From Candidatus Margulisiibacteriota bacterium (lineage in GTDB: Bacteria; Margulisbacteria; Marinamargulisbacteria; JBFWNS01), in the NCBI GenBank assembly GCA_050250935.1, contig JBFWNS010000005.1, positions 43,523 to 107,522 of the forward strand: a stretch of 64,000 nt of DNA. Reading direction: 5' to 3'. The notes beneath the pieces are model-generated. The model did no database searches. It worked only from the letters and a program-made list of their open reading frames with translations, and was not told the DNA's origin. The position numbers and the translations under genes are program-made. Within the stretch, counting starts at the first letter, position 1; every line of letters begins with the position of its first letter. Below, in pieces: positions 61,870 to 64,000 of this stretch.

Positions 61870-62430
61870 GTGATTCGAATCGGTCTGATTGGAAGCAACG
61901 GCGCAGGCAAATCTTCGGCCTGCGCTTTTTTTAGGGAACAAGGGTTTGTGGTGGTCTCGTTGTCCGATTTTGTCAGGGAAGAGGCCACCCGAAAAAACTT
62001 GCCCCATAGCCGCGACAATCTCGTGGCCACGGCAAACCTCCTCAAACAAGCGCGTGGCGAGGCGGTGTTGGCCGAAATGGCTTTGGCCAAAATGGCAACG
62101 GTGGACCAACCCATGGCGTTTGATAGCATTCGCAATGTTGCCGAAGTCGAGTTGTTAAAAGCAAATGGGGTCTATTTTATTGGCATCGATGCGCCTGTGG
62201 CCTTGCGGTACGAACGCATTTGTAAGCGCGGATTGGCTGCCGATGCCGTGACTTTTGATCAATTTAAAGCCCAAGATGACCGCGAAAATGAAGGCCAAAG
62301 CAGTGGCCAAAATATCCACGCAGCGCTTCGGGCCTGCAATGTGGTTGTGGACAACACACAGGGCTTGGATGCCTTGGCGTCTCGGCTAACCCAAATTTTG
62401 AAGGATGTTCAATCATGTCAACCACATTAA
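61870..62430 (+). CDS. P-loop nucleotide kinase (dephospho-CoA/adenylate kinase-like)
   Basis: GSNGAGKS Walker A, SLSDFVREE, DSIRN..E and RYERI..R. Confidence 0.75.
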   Translation: MIRIGLIGSNGAGKSSACAFFREQGFVVVSLSDFVREEATRKNLPHSRDNLVATANLLKQARGEAVLAEMALAKMATVDQPMAFDSIRNVAEVELLKANGVYFIGIDAPVALRYERICKRGLAADAVTFDQFKAQDDRENEGQSSGQNIHAALRACNVVVDNTQGLDALASRLTQILKDVQSCQPH

Positions 62431-63683
62431 CCGTGGTGGGGGGAGCCCCGCTGGTGGGAACTGTAAAAGCTGCGGGCGCCAAAAATTCGGCACTGCCCTT
62501 GTTGGCCGCCTGTATTTTGATGGACGGCACATTTGAACTGAGCAACGTTCCCTATTTGCACGACGTCGCCACCATGATCCGCATGTTGAATGCCTTGGGG
62601 CTTCGGGCCGAATATTCGGCAGATAAAGTTAAAATTACAAACAACAAAAAAGTGCGTCACATTGCGCCCTACGAATTGATTACGGCCATGCGAGCGTCGT
62701 TTTTTGTGGCCGGGCCAATTTTGGCCAAAACGGGCTATGCCAAAGTGCCGCTCCCTGGGGGATGTTCGATTGGGTCTCGGCCTGTCGATTTGCACATTAA
62801 AGGGTTCCGGGCTCTGGGGGCTCAGGTCAACATTGAACATGGTTTTGTGGATATTAAAGCCTCGAAGTTAAAAGGAACCAAAATTTATCTGGATTTTCCC
62901 TCGGTAGGGGCCACTGAAAACGTCATGATGGCCGCCGCTTTGGCTGAAGGGACCTCGGTGATTGAAAACGCGGCCATGGAGCCCGAAATTACCGATTTGG
63001 GTGATTTTCTAAACAAAGCCGGCGCCAAAATTACAGGTCATGGTACCCCCAATATTGTGGTTGAGGGGGTTCCTTCTTTAACCGGGGCCAATCACGAGGT
63101 CATTCCCGACCGTGTGGAGGCCGGCACCTTAATGATTGCTGGGGGCATTACCAAAGGCGATGTGTTGGTCACCCATGTGTCTATTCCCGATTTGGAGCCG
63201 CTGATTGAAAAACTCAAAGAGGCGGGATTAAAAGTCGAGGTGGGGGACAGACAGGTTCGGGTGGCCTATCAGGGAAGCTTGAATGCAGTCAATTTCGAAA
63301 CCTTGCCGTTTCCCGGATTTCCCACCGACATGCAAGCCCAAATGATGGCCCTGTTAACGGTGGCCAAAGGGACCAGCGTGGTCAAAGAAGGGATTTTTGA
63401 AAACCGATTCATGCATGCCCCCGAGTTGATGCGCATGGGGGCCTCGATTAAACTGGATATGCAGTATGCTTTTGTAACGGGTGTTGAAAAACTGTCGGGT
63501 GCCGAGGTCAAAATTACCGATCTTCGGGCCGGTGCCGCCCTGATTTTGGCGGGTTTGGCCGCCGATGGCGAAACCAAGGTCCATGGCCTAAACCATTTGC
63601 GGCGCGGCTATGACCGGTTGCCCGAAAAACTGCAGTCCCTGGGCGCAACCATTGTCGAGCATCACACACAAGGAAGAGGATGA
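62415..63683 (+). CDS. murA: UDP-N-acetylglucosamine 1-carboxyvinyltransferase
   Basis: GAKNSALP, LPGGCSIGSRP (catalytic Cys), SVGATEN, PGFPTDMQ and TDLRAGA. Confidence 0.97.
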   Translation: MSTTLTVVGGAPLVGTVKAAGAKNSALPLLAACILMDGTFELSNVPYLHDVATMIRMLNALGLRAEYSADKVKITNNKKVRHIAPYELITAMRASFFVAGPILAKTGYAKVPLPGGCSIGSRPVDLHIKGFRALGAQVNIEHGFVDIKASKLKGTKIYLDFPSVGATENVMMAAALAEGTSVIENAAMEPEITDLGDFLNKAGAKITGHGTPNIVVEGVPSLTGANHEVIPDRVEAGTLMIAGGITKGDVLVTHVSIPDLEPLIEKLKEAGLKVEVGDRQVRVAYQGSLNAVNFETLPFPGFPTDMQAQMMALLTVAKGTSVVKEGIFENRFMHAPELMRMGASIKLDMQYAFVTGVEKLSGAEVKITDLRAGAALILAGLAADGETKVHGLNHLRRGYDRLPEKLQSLGATIVEHHTQGRG

Positions 63684-64000
63684 GCATGAAACACAAACTT
63701 CATTTCACCAAAATGCAGGGGTTGGGCAACGATTTTATTTTGATTGATGGTCTGAATCAGCGTTTGGACGGCATCGATTTTTCCAAAGCGGCCGAAGGGC
63801 TTTGCGACCGCCATTTTGGCATTGGGGCCGATGGCGTCATTTTGGTGTTGCCTTCGACGCACAGCGATTTTAAGATGCGCATTTTTAATGCCGATGGATC
63901 CGAGCCGCAAATGTGTGGCAATGGCATTCGGTGTTTTGCCAAATTTGTCTATGACGAACAACTGACTCAAAAAGATGTCATTTCTGTAGAAACCTTGGCA
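63680..64000 (+). CDS. dapF: diaminopimelate epimerase, 3'-truncated (start 63680 or 63686)
   Basis: My translation gives HFTKMQGLGNDF, CDRHFGIGADG and NADGSEPQMCGNGIRC. Absent from the ORF track because no stop falls in the window. Confidence 0.95.
   Translation, partial: MSMKHKLHFTKMQGLGNDFILIDGLNQRLDGIDFSKAAEGLCDRHFGIGADGVILVLPSTHSDFKMRIFNADGSEPQMCGNGIRCFAKFVYDEQLTQKDVISVETLA

Overview
64 kb of gene-dense chromosome from a diderm bacterium. 23S rRNA signatures resemble Cyanobacteria, so a non-photosynthetic relative such as Margulisbacteria is my tentative inference. The left part holds cysS (partial), GT9, a DUF6165-like gene and GT4. Next come a 23S-5S rRNA unit with its own promoter and no 16S, alr, a low-complexity orphan gene, ftsI-ftsL, a lipoate ligase and aceE-aceF-lpdA. 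About 41 kb (17.9-58.7 kb) is a mixed-orientation surface-glycan locus. It contains a mycobacterial-type polyprenyl-phosphoryl-arabinose cassette (UbiA, GtrA, DprE1/DprE2-like), five DegT-family aminotransferase domains (one fused to a GT4) and an ACP/AMP-ligase/ketoreductase acyl-sugar module. It also has two Wzx flippases, Wzz, a Wzy-like protein and a multi-SLBB exporter. The right end has a small secretin operon, then ilvC, a P-loop kinase, murA and dapF (partial). The most striking pattern not explained by gene calls is that at least eight operon-leading genes have a -10 box 6-8 nt before the ATG, a C at -1 and no usable Shine-Dalgarno, which suggests frequent leaderless mRNA. I saw no tRNA, CRISPR array or transposase. 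All calls come from reading motifs by eye; no searches were run.
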